Shown: positions 1 through 12,203 of the stretch, in pieces
Layout: each line of letters begins with the position of its first letter
How positions within the stretch are numbered: the first letter of the stretch is position 1
Source: Mobula hypostoma
Taxonomy: Eukaryota
Assembly: GCF_963921235.1 (NCBI RefSeq)
Contig: NC_086110.1
Coordinates: 12,834,001 to 12,898,000 of the forward strand
Length of the DNA stretch: 64,000 nt
Reading direction: 5' to 3'
Notes under the pieces: model-generated
Databases searched by the model: none
Seen by the model: only the letters and a program-made list of their open reading frames with translations
Told to the model about the DNA's origin: nothing
Program-made: the position numbers and the translations under genes

Positions 1-1787
1 TTTGGAGGTGCCAGGTATATTCTCCTACTGATCAATAGAAAGAAATGATGGGAAGGATAGTCAAGGGTAAAACAAAGTGCAGATGTCGTATCGGTTTACA
101 GGACATGTTACAAACATTGGCCAGAATGTATTTAAACCACCAGATTTTTGTTAAATGAAACTTGTTGTCAGCTTAAAAAAAAGGCATTCAAACTGTTGAA
201 AGTACTGATAACTGTGGGCTGGAGTGGTGAAGGTGTTGCAAGCGGAGCGAAAATAACCTTTTAATTAACGGCTTCTCCCTGCATTAAAACAACTTTATCT
301 CGCCAATAGCGGCGAATCTCTGGATGCTGTTTTTTTTCAGCGTCTAAGGAATGTTGAAATAAAATCATTGGGGTGTATTAACTGGAAAGTACAGTAGTTC
401 CTTTTTCTTGGAATAATTGGAGAGTGTGCGATGGATCAGAAGAGGACCAGATTATGAATGAGCATATCAGACATTATCACGGTGAATGGCCGGCCGGGCA
501 GTAGAGAGAGAGACGGAATGGCTGACTCTGGCTTACAGTATTCCCGATCCTTTCCTTCAGTTTCTTACCTTTATTTTTTTTCAGTGACAATTGGCTCGAA
601 TGCATCAAAAAATATCGAAGAGAAGACGAAAATGACCTCTTACCTTCCCAACTCATATATATATGATACCGATTGTCATTCTTTGTCTGGATGCAAGGAA
701 TGAAACGAAGCAATGCCTTGGGTCTGCGGTCATTGGTGGTCTACAGCTCTGAACTACAACTGGATTCTCAGCTTCACAGCTTCCTTGATGTGTTTACTGT
801 ATATCTGCGCTCAGTGTATGTTTGCTTTGAAGTTTGGATGGTGATGTGTTCATGGAATTGTGAAGCTGGCGAGCTGCGCAAGTCAGTCTGTCAGCACCAT
901 TTTTTTAGTCTATGAAAGTAATTGAAAATCCAGCATCCAGTGACTCATTGAATCAAACGATTGTAACATAAACTAGTGATGTATTCATCAGTTATCAATT
1001 TTCGATTGCTACCGCTTTTCACAAGGTTTATGTCAACGTCCTTCAAGATTTCCCTTTTTGATTCATATAGAATTTGAACGGCAAGAGCCTATCTTGTCCC
1101 ACAGAAGAATTAACGTTTCTTTCCTTACTTAAAATGAAATTTAGCAAAATTTAATCAGGAGAGTAGAGAAATTATTGAAGTAGACTAAATGTTTGGCTAA
1201 CTCACAATACAAGCGCATTTTTCTGTTATTTCTGTCTGATTTCCGCAACCTGATTCATCTATTGATCTCACCGGTGGTTACTTCGCTTCGTAAGAGCTCA
1301 TTACGCAATAGTTTTGTAAGCTGATATTTATGAGGGGAGAGAGGGAACGTCGACTCAGACCATGAGAGGCCTGCGTCGGGCATTTACATGTCTTACAAGG
1401 CGCAGATTTGAAGTCTGTGTGGGGCGTCACTCTTCGCACAGACACTAAGCAAGTGCTTTGCTCAAGGACACAAACACGCTGCCACAGCTGAGGCTCGAAC
1501 TAGCAACCTTTAGATCAATAGACGAACACCTTAACCACTCGGCCACGAAAAGATCAAAGATAAAATTTTTGACTCTTTTTAAATTGGCACCGCTGCCCTT
1601 GCTTTTGCAAATGAAAATATGTTTATCGATAGGGTCAGAAAGAAATTCCACCCGTCTATCACAATGTCCACTATTCTTATACTTAAATTTCAGTATTATT
1701 TCAGCCGTCGCTACTTAGTCTACCCTGCAGCACATAAGGGGAAACAATCCGTTGGCCATGTATTCCTTCAGATTTTCAGCTTCTCCT

Positions 1788-1893
1788 TTATTGTGAAAGC
1801 TTGACATCTGCCTACACTGAATCCTTGTTGCTGTGCTTAATGCCGATGGTGCAGAGCGGACACTGTCAACATTTCACCTCCGCCACGTCGAGT
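1788..1893 (-). pseudogene. Possible relic two-tyrosine terminal exon (SV*ADV is one substitution from SVYADV)
   Basis: Acceptor ttacttccacag|ACT, phase 0 like gene A exon 7. Contains stops and a frameshift. Confidence 0.3.
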
Positions 1894-2129
1894 CTGTGGA
1901 AGTAATTCAATATCAGTTCTTCGTCAATTGTTCAGCAAAAAAAGCGAAGCGATAGATTTTAAGATACAATTGTACTGTATTTAATAATTTTCATTATCAG
2001 ATTACAGCCATTTTATACAGTTTGTACTGAAAGAGAGAAACGGGAAACCGCTGTTTCTTTGTTCTTCACCGAAGTTTCGTTGCCATGTTTTACATTATTA
2101 GATAATGTATAATTTTACATGGAAACTAA

Positions 2130-2560
2130 ACTGCTTTCGGATGACGGGGAGGAGGTCTGGCCCCTGCACATGTAGCACGCAGGCACCTTGGTGTGTGGAC
2201 AATCCCTGGCGCTCGTAAACCAGATCCCCAGCTAGGGGTAAATACCTCCACTGCCTTGGGGGCTGCCTCGGGAGAGACGAAATTCACGGGAGTAAACGCA
2301 GACAGCAAATCTGGAGCAGAGCTCCCAAGGCGACTGAACGTTATTGAACATCCCTCTGGCAGCTCCTGCAGCCCAGCTGTTGCCAAACGCATTGTCTCAT
2401 AAGCTTTCCTTTGGAGTACACCAGTGAGGCCGAGAGGGCGATTTTGACGAATGGAGATCCCAGGATCTCCATACCTTTCGCCCTGGCTTGTGATGATCAT
2501 CCTCAGCCATTGTCCTTCGAGACAAACAGATGACCACCACCAACCACCATAAGGTCAAAA
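2130..2560 (-). mobile_element. Non-LTR element 5-prime fragment (RTE-like, tentative)
   Basis: GC-richer block resembling ray RTE-type 5-prime regions. Recognised from memory only; no diagnostic protein motif. Confidence 0.35.
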
Positions 2561-2596
2561 TTAGACCCATGCGTTTTTACAGCTTAAGACATCAAT

Positions 2597-2643
2597 TTTA
2601 ATTGTTTTTTTATACAATGCTTGTTTTATATCTCCCCGTCCCT
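2597..2643 (-). other. Ancestral end of gene A displaced by a CR1: last codons (RDGEI*) and ATTAAA poly(A) signal
   Basis: Joining the flanks at the TCCCT duplication gives GTA AAA CCA AGG GAC GGG GAG ATA TAA. ATTAAA lies at 2597-2602 on the minus strand. Confidence 0.6.
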
Positions 2644-4997
2644 AAGTGTGTGCAGGATGGATTCCTGTCACAGTATGTTGACAGGCCGACTAGGGGGAAT
2701 GCCATACTAGATCTAGTATTAGGTAAAGAACCGGGTCAGGTCACAGATTTCTCAGTGGGTGAGCATCTGGGGGACAATGACCACCGCTCCCTGGCCTTTA
2801 GCATTATCATGGAAAAGGATAGAATCAGAGAGGACAGGAAAATTATTAATTGGGGAAGGGCAAATTATGAGGCAATTAGGCTAGAACTTGCGGGTGTGAA
2901 ATGGGATGATGTTTTTTCTCGGAAATATACTATGGACATGTGGTCGATATTTAGAGATCTCTTGCAGGATGTTAGGGATAAATTTGTCCCGGTGAGGAAG
3001 ATAAAGAATGGTAGGGTGAAGGAACCATGGGTGACAAGTGAGGTGGAAAATCTAGTCAGGTGGAAGAAGGCAGCATATATGAGGTTTAGGAAGCAAGGAT
3101 CACATGGGTCTATTGAGGAAAGGAGGTTAAGAAGGGGCTGAGAAGAGCAAGAAGGGGGCATGAGAAGGCCTTGGCGAGTAGGGTAAAGGAAAACCCCAAG
3201 GCATTCTTCCATTATGTGAAGAACAAAAGGATGACAGGAGTGAAGGTAGGACCGATTAGAGATAAAGGTGGGAAGATGTGTCTGGAGGCTGTGGAAGTGA
3301 GCGAGGTCTTCAATGAATACTTCTCTTCGGTATTCATCAATGAGAGGGAACTTGATGACGGTGAGGACAATATGAGTGAGGTTGATGTTCTGGAGTATGT
3401 TGATATTAAGGGACAGAGGGTGTTGGAGATATTAAAATACATTAGGACGGATAGGTCCCCGGGGTCTGACAGAATATTCCCCAGGATGCTCCATGAGGCA
3501 AGGGAAGAGATTGCTGAGCCTCTGGCTAGGATCTTTATGTCCTCGTTGTCTACGGGAATGGTACCAGAGGATTGGAGGGAGGCGAATGTTGTCCCCTTGT
3601 TCAAAAAAAGGTAGTAGGGATAGTCCGGGTAATTATAGACCAGTGAGCCTTACGTCTGTGGTGGGAAAGCTGTTGGAAAAGATTCTTAGAGATAGGATCT
3701 CTGGGCATTTAGAGAATTATGGTCTGATCGGGGCAGACAGCATGGTTTTCTGAAGGGCAGATCGTGTCTAACAAGTTTGATGGAGTTCTTTCAGGAGGTG
3801 ACCAGGCATATAGATGAGGGTAGTGCAGTGGATGTGATCTGTATGGATTTTAGTAAGGCATTTAACAAGATTCCACATGGTAGGGTTATTCAGAAAGTCA
3901 GAAGGCATGGGCTGGAGGGAAGTTTGGCCAGGTGGATTCAGAAATGGCTTGCCTGGAGAAGGCAGAGGGTCATGGTGGAGGGAGTACATTCGGATTGGAG
4001 ATTTGTGACTAGTCGTGTCCCACGAGGATCAGTTCTGGGACCTCTACCTTTCGTGATTTTTATTAATCACCTGGATGTTGGGGTAGAAGGGTGGGTTGGC
4101 AAGTTTGCAGGCGACACAAAGGTTGGTGGTGTTGTAGATAGTGTAGAGGATTGTCGAAGGTTGCAGAGAGACATTGATAGATTGCAGAAGTGGGCTGAGA
4201 AGTGGCGGATGGACTTCAACCCAGAGAAGTGTGAGGTGGTACACTTTGGAAGGACAAACTCCAAGGCAGAGTACAAAGTAAATGGCAGGATACTTGCAAG
4301 TGTGGAGGAGCAGAGGGATCTGGGGGTACATGTCCACAGATCCCCGAAAGTTGCCTCACAGGTAGATAGGGTAGTTAAGAAAGCTTATGGGGTGTTAGCT
4401 TTCATAAGTCGAGGCATAGAGTTTAAGAGTCGTGAGGTAATGATGCAGCCTATAAAACTCTGATTAGGCCACACTTGGAGTACGGTGTCCAATTCTGGTC
4501 ACCTCAATATAAGAAGGATGTGGAAGCATTGGAAAGGGTACAGAGGAGATTTACCAGGATGCTGCCTGGTTCAGAGAGTGTGGATTATGATCAGAGATTA
4601 AGGGAGCTAGGGCTTTACTCTTTGGAGAGAAGGGGGATGAGAGGAGACATGATAGAGGTGTACAAGCTATTAAGAGGAATAGACAGAGTGGATAGCAAAC
4701 GCCTCTTCCCCAGGGCACGACTGCTCAATACAGGGGGATATGGCTTTAAGGTAAGGGGTGGGAAGTTCAAGGGGGATATTAGAGGAAGGCTTTTAACTCA
4801 GAGAGTGGTTGGTGCGTGGAATGCACTGCCTGAGTCAGTGGTGGAGGCAGATACACTAGTGAAGTTTAAGAGACTACCAGACAGGTATATGGAGGAATTT
4901 AAGGTGGGGGGTTATATGGGAGGCAGGGTTTGAGGGCCGGCACAATAATGTCGGCCGAAGGGCCTGTACTGTGCTGTACTATTCTATGTTCTCTGTT
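2644..4997 (+). mobile_element. CR1 LINE, 5-prime truncated ORF2 (end of endonuclease plus RT), frameshifted
   Basis: PTRGNAILDLVL, YRPVSLTS, DFSKAF, GSVLGP and FAGDTK motifs, microsatellite-like tail, and a TCCCT flank duplication at 2639-2643 and 5002-5006. Confidence 0.95.
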
Positions 4998-5006
4998 CGA
5001 ATCCCT

Positions 5007-5063
5007 TGGTTTTACCTTTGCATAGACAACATGTTCGTCCTGGCGCCTGACCTGGTCAATAAC
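5007..5063 (-). pseudogene. Formerly coding tail of gene A beyond the TAA (VIDQVRRQDEHVVYAKVKP) with canonical ITIM VVYAKV at 5013-5030
   Basis: In frame with exon 7 after one TAA. Continues across the CR1 insert to RDGEI* at 2626-2643. Confidence 0.7.
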
Positions 5064-5126
5064 TTAGTTTTCTCTCGTGTTTGGTGTAGCATAGGCAAGG
5101 TTATGTTCAACTGGCGCTAGTCCAGC
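5064..5126 (-). CDS. Gene A exon 7: terminal cytoplasmic exon AGLAPVEHNLAYATPNTREN*
   Basis: Acceptor atatctttttaacag|GCT, phase 0. Contains the degenerate ITIM-like LAYATP; TAA at 5064-5066. Confidence 0.75.
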   Translation of the reverse strand, partial: AGLAPVEHNLAYATPNTREN

Positions 5127-5465
5127 CTGTTAAAAAGATATAGTTAACTCTATTCGTGGCGAGTCAAATGCAATTCAAATTCCATAATGAGAAAATGAGT
5201 ATTAAAACATAAGCGTAAATGAGTAAAATGCGGCATAATAACATTCTAACATCAGTAAATGATATTGCCATGTACAAACGTTTTATGTTATTTCAGAAAC
5301 GGTAGGAAATGTGTTTTCCCTAGCGCTGAAAGTCTTTATGATCTTTTAAGACCGAAATTGATTTTCAAGCACCATTTATTCTACGAGTAGGGTGAGTTTC
5401 TCATCTGCTGTCATCTTTTTTCTTTCGCAGTTATTTCCTTCTCCCTCCATTCCCCAACAGCTTAC

Positions 5466-5500
5466 GCAGGGACAACTGTCACCTTTCTTTTCCTCGGACA
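5466..5500 (-). CDS. Gene A exon 6: cytoplasmic (VSEEKKGDSCPC)
   Basis: Acceptor ccatag|TG, donor TGC|gtaagc, 35 nt, phase 1-0. Supplies exactly the phase change needed to enter the tyrosine-motif frame of exon 7. Confidence 0.6.
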
Positions 5501-5635
5501 CTATGGACTATTGAAGCAGCGTTGTGCAGGTCAGTTCGTCATCGGTTCTCATACACTCACAGACATATCCTTTCTGCGGTCGTAATTGATCATAATATTC
5601 CTCTATCAATTCCTCTCAGAAGCAAAAAGTAAAAC

Positions 5636-5692
5636 CTGTATCACCAACCGGTTCTCCGCTCTGACGTGCTTCCTCGGAGGTTGTTTTAATAC
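5636..5692 (-). CDS. Gene A exon 5: cytoplasmic (GIKTTSEEARQSGEPVGDT)
   Basis: Acceptor ttttttaatccattag|GT, donor CAG|gtttta, 57 nt, phase 1-1, open in frame with the TM exon. Confidence 0.65.
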
Positions 5693-5874
5693 CTAATGGA
5701 TTAAAAAATACAACACCTTAAATAATAGTGGTAACGTTGGAAAAGTTGAAGTTGCGCAGTGGATTGCAATCAAATTTCTTGCCTAAAGGTGTAACTCCTG
5801 ACAGCTGTCCAAAATATTATCGGCGCACACTGTGGCCATGAAATGTGTTGTGCATGACCCTTCATGAATGTAGT

Positions 5875-6058
5875 GGATCTAGATTTTGATTGAAAGAGTA
5901 GATGGGCAGTAGCTTGTGGCTACGGGGGTCAGGGGGTATGGAGGGAAGGCTGGGGCGGGGTTCTGAGTTGGATGATCAGCCATGATCATAATAAATGGCG
6001 GTGCAGGCTCGAAGGGCCGAATGGCCTACTCCTGCACCTATTTTCTATGTTTCTATGT
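5875..6058 (+). mobile_element. CR1 3-prime end fragment in the gene A TM-cytoplasmic intron
   Basis: 3-prime hairpin plus (ttctatgt) tail. 5958-6058 is identical to 41500-41600. Confidence 0.8.
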
Positions 6059-6342
6059 TATATCTCAAAAGAACGAAAATATGACAGTAAAAGTATTATT
6101 ACTTGTGTAAAATCGCCGCAGGAAGTCACAGCCTGAAAACCCCAGGTGTCTGAAAATCGTAGGTACAAGGGATGATTGGAGAACTTGAGCGAGAATGTAA
6201 AATTATCCTGTTATTTATAATTAGTATTGTCGAATGTGAATCCGATAATGCCTTGGAAATCTTGATTCTCTCATTATCATTTCCTCTTTCAATCTGCAGA
6301 GGTAATAAATGGAAATACTTGTCAAATCATTCATGTTCTTAC

Positions 6343-6450
6343 CACGTTTTGCCTTAACTCCGATTCTTATCAAAATTATAATCAGCGTTACAATTGCCAG
6401 TCCGCCCAATGCACTTCGAAAAATCAAGATTTTATTGCTGTCTTCCGGAT
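6343..6450 (-). CDS. Gene A exon 4: transmembrane exon DPEDSNKILIFRSALGGLAIVTLIIILIRIGVKAKR, with Arg near the extracellular side
   Basis: Acceptor ttttttttaacag|AT, donor CGTG|gtaag, 108 nt, phase 1-1. About 21 hydrophobic residues followed by a basic stop-transfer segment. Confidence 0.9.
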
Positions 6451-6910
6451 CTGTTAAAAAAAAACCAACCGTGAAACATATATAAATGTATAGAGACCGT
6501 GAGACAAGAAAGTAGAGCTTTTTAATAGGTAATTCAAGCCTGAACAAATAAAGATTGCAAGAGACGCAGTATGACACGGGTTTTAAGGTGATGATGGGAC
6601 TTATGGAGCGAACAGATAATCTTACATAGTGGTTCTTTACAGACAGTACTTTTTATTTGCATTAAGAGAATTTTTCTTTTTACGATGCCTTTGCAAATAG
6701 TTTAATCGCAACTTCGAAATGACATCGTTTCTGTTTCTGAACTTTCACTCGAAAACTCTCAACAGATTCCATTAGCAAACAAGAGAAAATGACTTTTTAC
6801 CATGTGGAATTTCTCACTGTAAGACAACACAAGAAGCATTAATAGAATATCAAATGTCGACTTTTCAGGCCGAGATCCAACATCATGACTTCATCGAGAC
6901 ACCATCTTAC

Positions 6911-7204
6911 CTTGCTCCTGGATGTAGCTGAAATTGGCAGGCACCGTGAGGGAGACATGCGACACCAGACAGGTGTAAGTATCTTTTCCCAAAGTAGACT
7001 GCGTGATTTCCAATAAACTAAATGCTTCGTACAAGCCGTCCACGTTCCGGTTTGTCACACTTTCTATTCCAGTGCGAATTTGCTTGTTATTTCTTTGCCA
7101 AACGATTTCTAATTTCTCCGGGTAGAAACAAGCCGTTTTACAAAGGAGCTTTCGAGGAGACGAAAACCCTCCAACAGGAACAATTTCCACTGGAGTTGGA
7201 GGAG
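6911..7204 (-). CDS. Gene A exon 3: C1-set Ig constant domain
   Basis: Acceptor ctcaag|CT, donor CAAG|gtaag, 294 nt, phase 1-1. C1 hallmarks LLCKTACFYPE, IVW, NVDGLY, YTCLVSH. Confidence 0.95.
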
Positions 7205-8334
7205 CTTGAGTAAAAACATAGTTATATTGAGTATTTTCAATCCATATCAGTACAGGTAGATTCCTTTATCTCCCCGCCAACTAGCATGACGTTCAACTAT
7301 CAAATTAGTTACCCGCTAGTATTAACCAGTATTTAATAAATTCTTTCAACTTCACGTTCTGTTTATTGTTGCTCATCCATACACACACACTCCGAAGCGA
7401 ACCTTTGTTCTTCTGGGGCCAAGTTGCAAAATAGAGTATATATAGTCACACACATATAGTCACCATCCAGCACTGACAGTCACAAAATAAGCAAAATAAA
7501 ATATAGTCAGTTTGGGAGAAGGATGAAAGGAGAAGTTCAGCGAATGCACCTCGATGGCGAAGCTAAGAGATCCGAAGTGAGGAAGACGTTCTCTTTTGAA
7601 TGGCGTTTGAGCTTCATTGCACAGTTGGGCTTGCGGCGGGCGTTAGCTTTGGAAACCAGACTACCTTTGGATTTTTCATTTCGTATCAAAACTGAGCTAC
7701 AAATCCCAAACTATCACAGATTTCTATAGTATGAATGCACATGAAGTTTAATATTCTGGCAGCTCAACTGCTTCGGGAGTGTTTCAAGTCCTGGGGTTGA
7801 GCTTTCTAGTCATAAACATTCAGTAATAGAGCTTTTCCCGGAATGTGAACCATTCCTGGAACTGTTACCCCGTATTGATTGTGACAAATCATCTCTTCCG
7901 TGAAACAACCAGGAATACAAATGCAAATTGATATTAAGTTCTTTGATTCTATAGTTGTTTTCTTTCTAAAGTCTGAAGACATGCAGCAAACTGGTCGACA
8001 GTGACTTGGCACTGCTATAGGATCGTTTATGAAAACGATGCCTTGTAGAGGGTCAATCAGGAATTGAACAACTTCAATTTCACCATGCACCGTGTTTACT
8101 AAAACGTGAGACCAATTTTAAGATTTTGTAAACGTGGACCACTTCCGCGACAGCTATGGTCGGTGTCTGACAGGGGAGATTCAATAGTTAGATTGTTTTA
8201 TCTGTTTATCACAGCAGTTAGGGTTTCGCTGTGCCTACAATAGTCATCCTGAGCGTTGCCTGACTCCACTTCCCACGCCTATACCGACGTCAACGTTCTT
8301 GGCCTTCTCAAATTCTAGGTGAAGGACAATTCTA

Positions 8335-8700
8335 AGGTGAAAAAAAATGAAGGGATTCTACAGATACATTAAGCATAAAGGGATAGCGACAGACAAAGTT
8401 GATCCATTTGAAGATCAGCGGGTTCAACAATACCTGGAACCGAAAGAACATGAACCTTATATATTTCCATTCGTATTTATTCGGGAGACGTACACAGAGA
8501 CTAAGGCAAAACAGAAGCAATGTCATGGCCCATATACCGATTACAGTCTTGAGGCAGATTAGGGTGTAGCAGTCCCCAGGACATGGCAAAGATTCCCATC
8601 GGACCTTTTCGGAAGCTAGTGCAGAAAGTGAAAGGGCCCCGATAGAGGTATTCAAAACGTTCTTACCCGTGGGTGAAGTGCCGGAGGACTAGATTATAAC
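8335..8700 (+). mobile_element. CR1 ORF2 fragment
   Basis: KGFYRYIKHK-type motif in ORF 8347-8562. Confidence 0.7.
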
Positions 8701-8711
8701 TAATGTTTTAA

Positions 8712-10265
8712 TACCATATAACTATAGGATATAGGAGCCTAAGCCCACCAAGTTTGCTCTGCAATTTCATCATAGATAATATTTTCTGCTCAGCCCCAAT
8801 CTCCTGCCTTCTCCCCATAGCTCGTCATGCTCTATCCGATCAAGAATCTATCAACCTCTGCTTGAAATATCCATAAAGGCTTGGTCTCCATACCTGCCTG
8901 TGGCAAAAAAAAAAATTCCACAGGTTCTGCACTCTCTGGCCATAGGCTGTCCTCTTCATCTCCTCTGGACTCTTCCACCATAGGAAGCATCCTCTCCACA
9001 TCCACGCGATCAAGTACTTTCACCTTTCTTTAGGGTTCAATGCCGTCGCCCCTGTTTTGTTTCTGAATTCCAGTGAAGTCAGGCCCAGAGCCATAAAACG
9101 TTCTTCATATGACTAGCTATTGAATTCTGGAATCATTGTCATGAACCTCCTTTGAATCTTCTCCAGTTTCAGCATATTCTTTCCAAGATAGGGGGCCTAA
9201 AACTGCTCACAATACGCTGTGACGCCTCACCAGTGCTTTATAAAGTCTGAATATTACATCCTTGCTTTTATATTCTAGTCCTCTTGAAATGAATGCGATC
9301 ATTGGATTTGCCTTCCTGACCACAGACCCAACCTGTATGGAATACAGCACACGGACTCGCAAGTCCCTTACCACCTCAATGTTTTTTTGTGTTTTCTCTC
9401 CAGTTGGAAAATATTCAAAACTTTCACACCCTCCACCAAACTGCATGACCACACACTTCTCGATACTGTATTCTATCTGCCATTTCTTTGCCTGTCCTCC
9501 TAATCTGTCTCAGTCTTTCTGTAGCCTCTCTATTTCCTAAAACTACCTACCCGTCCACCTCTCTTCATATCGTCAGCAAACTTTGCAACAAAGCCATCAA
9601 TTCCACCATCCTTATCATTGACATATAACCTTAAACGAATCGGTCACTGCACAGACCTCTGTGGAACACCGTTAGTCACGGGCAGCCAACCAGAAAATGC
9701 TCCCTTTATTCCCATTCTTTGTCTCTTACAAACCAGCCACTGCTTTATCCACCCTAGAATCTTTCCTGTTATACTTTCGGCTCGTAGCTTGTTTAACAGC
9801 CTTGTGTGTGGTACCTTGTCAAAGTCCTTCTGAAAATCCAAGTACACAGCAATCGATTCTGCCTATCTTTATCTATCCTGCTTTTATTCCGTCAAATAAT
9901 TCAATCAGATTTGTCTGGCGAGAGTTTCCTTTGAAGAAATCATGCTGACAATGGCGTGTTTTATTATGTGTCTCCAAGTAACCTAACACCTGATCCTTAA
10001 TGATGGACTCCAACATCTTGACAACCAGTGAGGTCAGACTGACTGGCCTATAGTTTCCACTTTCTGCCTCTCTACCTTCTTGAAGACTGGAGTGACATTT
10101 GCAATTTTCCAGTCTTCCAGAACCATTCCAGAATCTAGTAATTCTCGGAAGACCTTTACTGATGCCTCCAGAATCTCTCAGCAACTTCTATCAGAATCAT
10201 GATATGTACATAATCTGGTCTCGGTGAATTACCTTCTTTCAGACCTTTCAGTTTCCCAGGAACTT
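8712..10265 (-). mobile_element. CR1 ORF2 3-prime half, degenerate
   Basis: NYRPVSLTS, YLDFQKDFDKVPH and KANPMIAFISRGLEYKSK in the minus-strand ORFs. Confidence 0.9.
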
Positions 10266-10299
10266 GCTCTCCAATTATGTCCCTAGTTTTGCTGTTGTT

Positions 10300-11420
10300 C
10301 TAGATAGACTCTCGGAAGAAACCAGCTAGTCTATAATATAGTTGGTATTACAGTGAAGTGGGTAAATTATTGGAAGATAATTCCAAAGATTGGGATACAT
10401 AAATATTTAGATAGACTGGGCTTGTTTGGGAATAAGCAACATTATTTTGTGCAATGTAGGATCTGTCTAACCAATCTTAATGAGCTTTTCGAGCTGGTTA
10501 CCATGGATCTTGATGAAGGATAACAGTGGATATGGTCAACATGGATTTTAGCAAGAACTTTGGAAAAGTTCTGCAGCGGGGTGGTGGGCTGATCAAGTAC
10601 GTTCGCTTGGCATTCAGGATGAAGGAGTAAGTTGTGTCTAACGTTGGGTTCGCGGGAGAAGCCAGAGTATGGTAGTAGATGGTTGGTTTTTGATCGTAGG
10701 CCTTTGACTGGTGGTGTGCCGCATGGCGACCAAAGCTTGCAGCGGGTTAAGGACCAGGTGTAAAAATGCGCTGAAAATGGCAGATAGGATTTAATGAAGG
10801 TAATTGTAAGCTGTTGTTCTTTGAGAAGACAAACCATTCTTTGATATACACAGTGAACGAGACTGGCATTGACGAGTGCGGTAAAAATAAATCTTGGAAT
10901 TATAGATCGATAATTCAATGAAAATGGAGTCAAAGGCGGATGGTATCGTAAAGATAACCTTTGTCATATCGGCCTTCATATATCAGCGTATTGAGTGTAG
11001 AAGTTGGGATGCCATGCTGAAGATGTATTAGACGTCAGTGAGAACAAATTTGGAGTATTGTTCGCAGTTCTCGTTACTTATCTGCAGGAAAGTTATCAAT
11101 ATGTTTGAATGAGTAGAAAGAAAACTTACAACATGTGGCAGGAATTTGAGGACATGAATTATGAGGAAAGTTTAACAGGTAAAGATTTTTTTCCATGATT
11201 CTTAACAGAACGAGCGAACATTTGATAGAGGTATACAAAATTATGAGGGATGTAGATATGATGCATCTAAGCCTGCATTATCCACTGAGGTTGGGTGAGA
11301 ATGTAATTGGAATTCATAGCTTCAGAGTGAAATGAGAAGTATTAAAGGCGAACCTGAGGGGAAATGTCTTCACTCTGACGGTGATGCTATTGTGGAGTGA
11401 GCTGACAGCGGAGGTGTTTG
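10300..11420 (+). mobile_element. Old degenerate CR1 RT region
   Basis: Decayed gtcaacatggattttagcaag and ttggagtattgt-type RT and 3-prime landmarks, with many stops. Confidence 0.7.
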
Positions 11421-12203
11421 CGCTCGACTCCCTGCGCTTTACTATTCAACCGTATCAAAATTCATCTCAATCTTGAGAGGTCGATATTTCTGCCCGTTTT
11501 GTATGGTGAAAGAAGTATAGATTTTGCTAATCCTGCATGATAAAAGTTGGAATGACATTTTGCAGTGCATGCGATAAATTGTTACTTGATGTTAGAATTA
11601 ACTCATTTGGAGCTGGGTATTATTCCTGTCTACTTGTTGATGGGGAAATGGAGCATTGTGCTGCTACAGGCAGATTCTTTGATAGAGATTACTCTATTTA
11701 AGTATTAATATTCTGCGTCCTCTGTGATGCGGAATCGAGTTATCCAACTCCAGCCATTCACATTAATATTAATATTATTTCAGCCTCTTGCTTGCAACAC
11801 AATCCTAACCTTACTTGAAAAGTAATTCGTTATATTCAAAGTACCTTCGCGATAATGAGGGTAACGTCCTAAGCTATCACTACCCTTGGACATTCGGTTT
11901 AATTGGGAGATAGCTGATGAGCAGGGCTGGACGAACAGCAGTGGGGAAGGAGCCGGGGAAGTACGATACGATTAACGGAATCAACTCCACTATGCGCCTA
12001 ATAGTTGCTACATGAAATGTGATTAATTTTTCTGCTCTTTATAATTCTGAATTTAAAATCACTGGACTGGGGTATATTTTAACACGGAAATCAAATGTAT
12101 TCTCACCGTTTGTTTTATCAAGTAGAAATATTTCGTTTTATCCCCATCACTAAGTTTGATGTAAAATGCACAGAGCCGAAAATCTCGAAACGGCCACACT
12201 CAC

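Noticed and set aside
7806-8090. Cys-rich minus ORF between V-A and C1-A with CIPGCF echoing CKTACF
   Set aside because: It lacks the C-strand Trp and the CxVxH motif, so it is not supportable as an extra Ig exon without a profile search.
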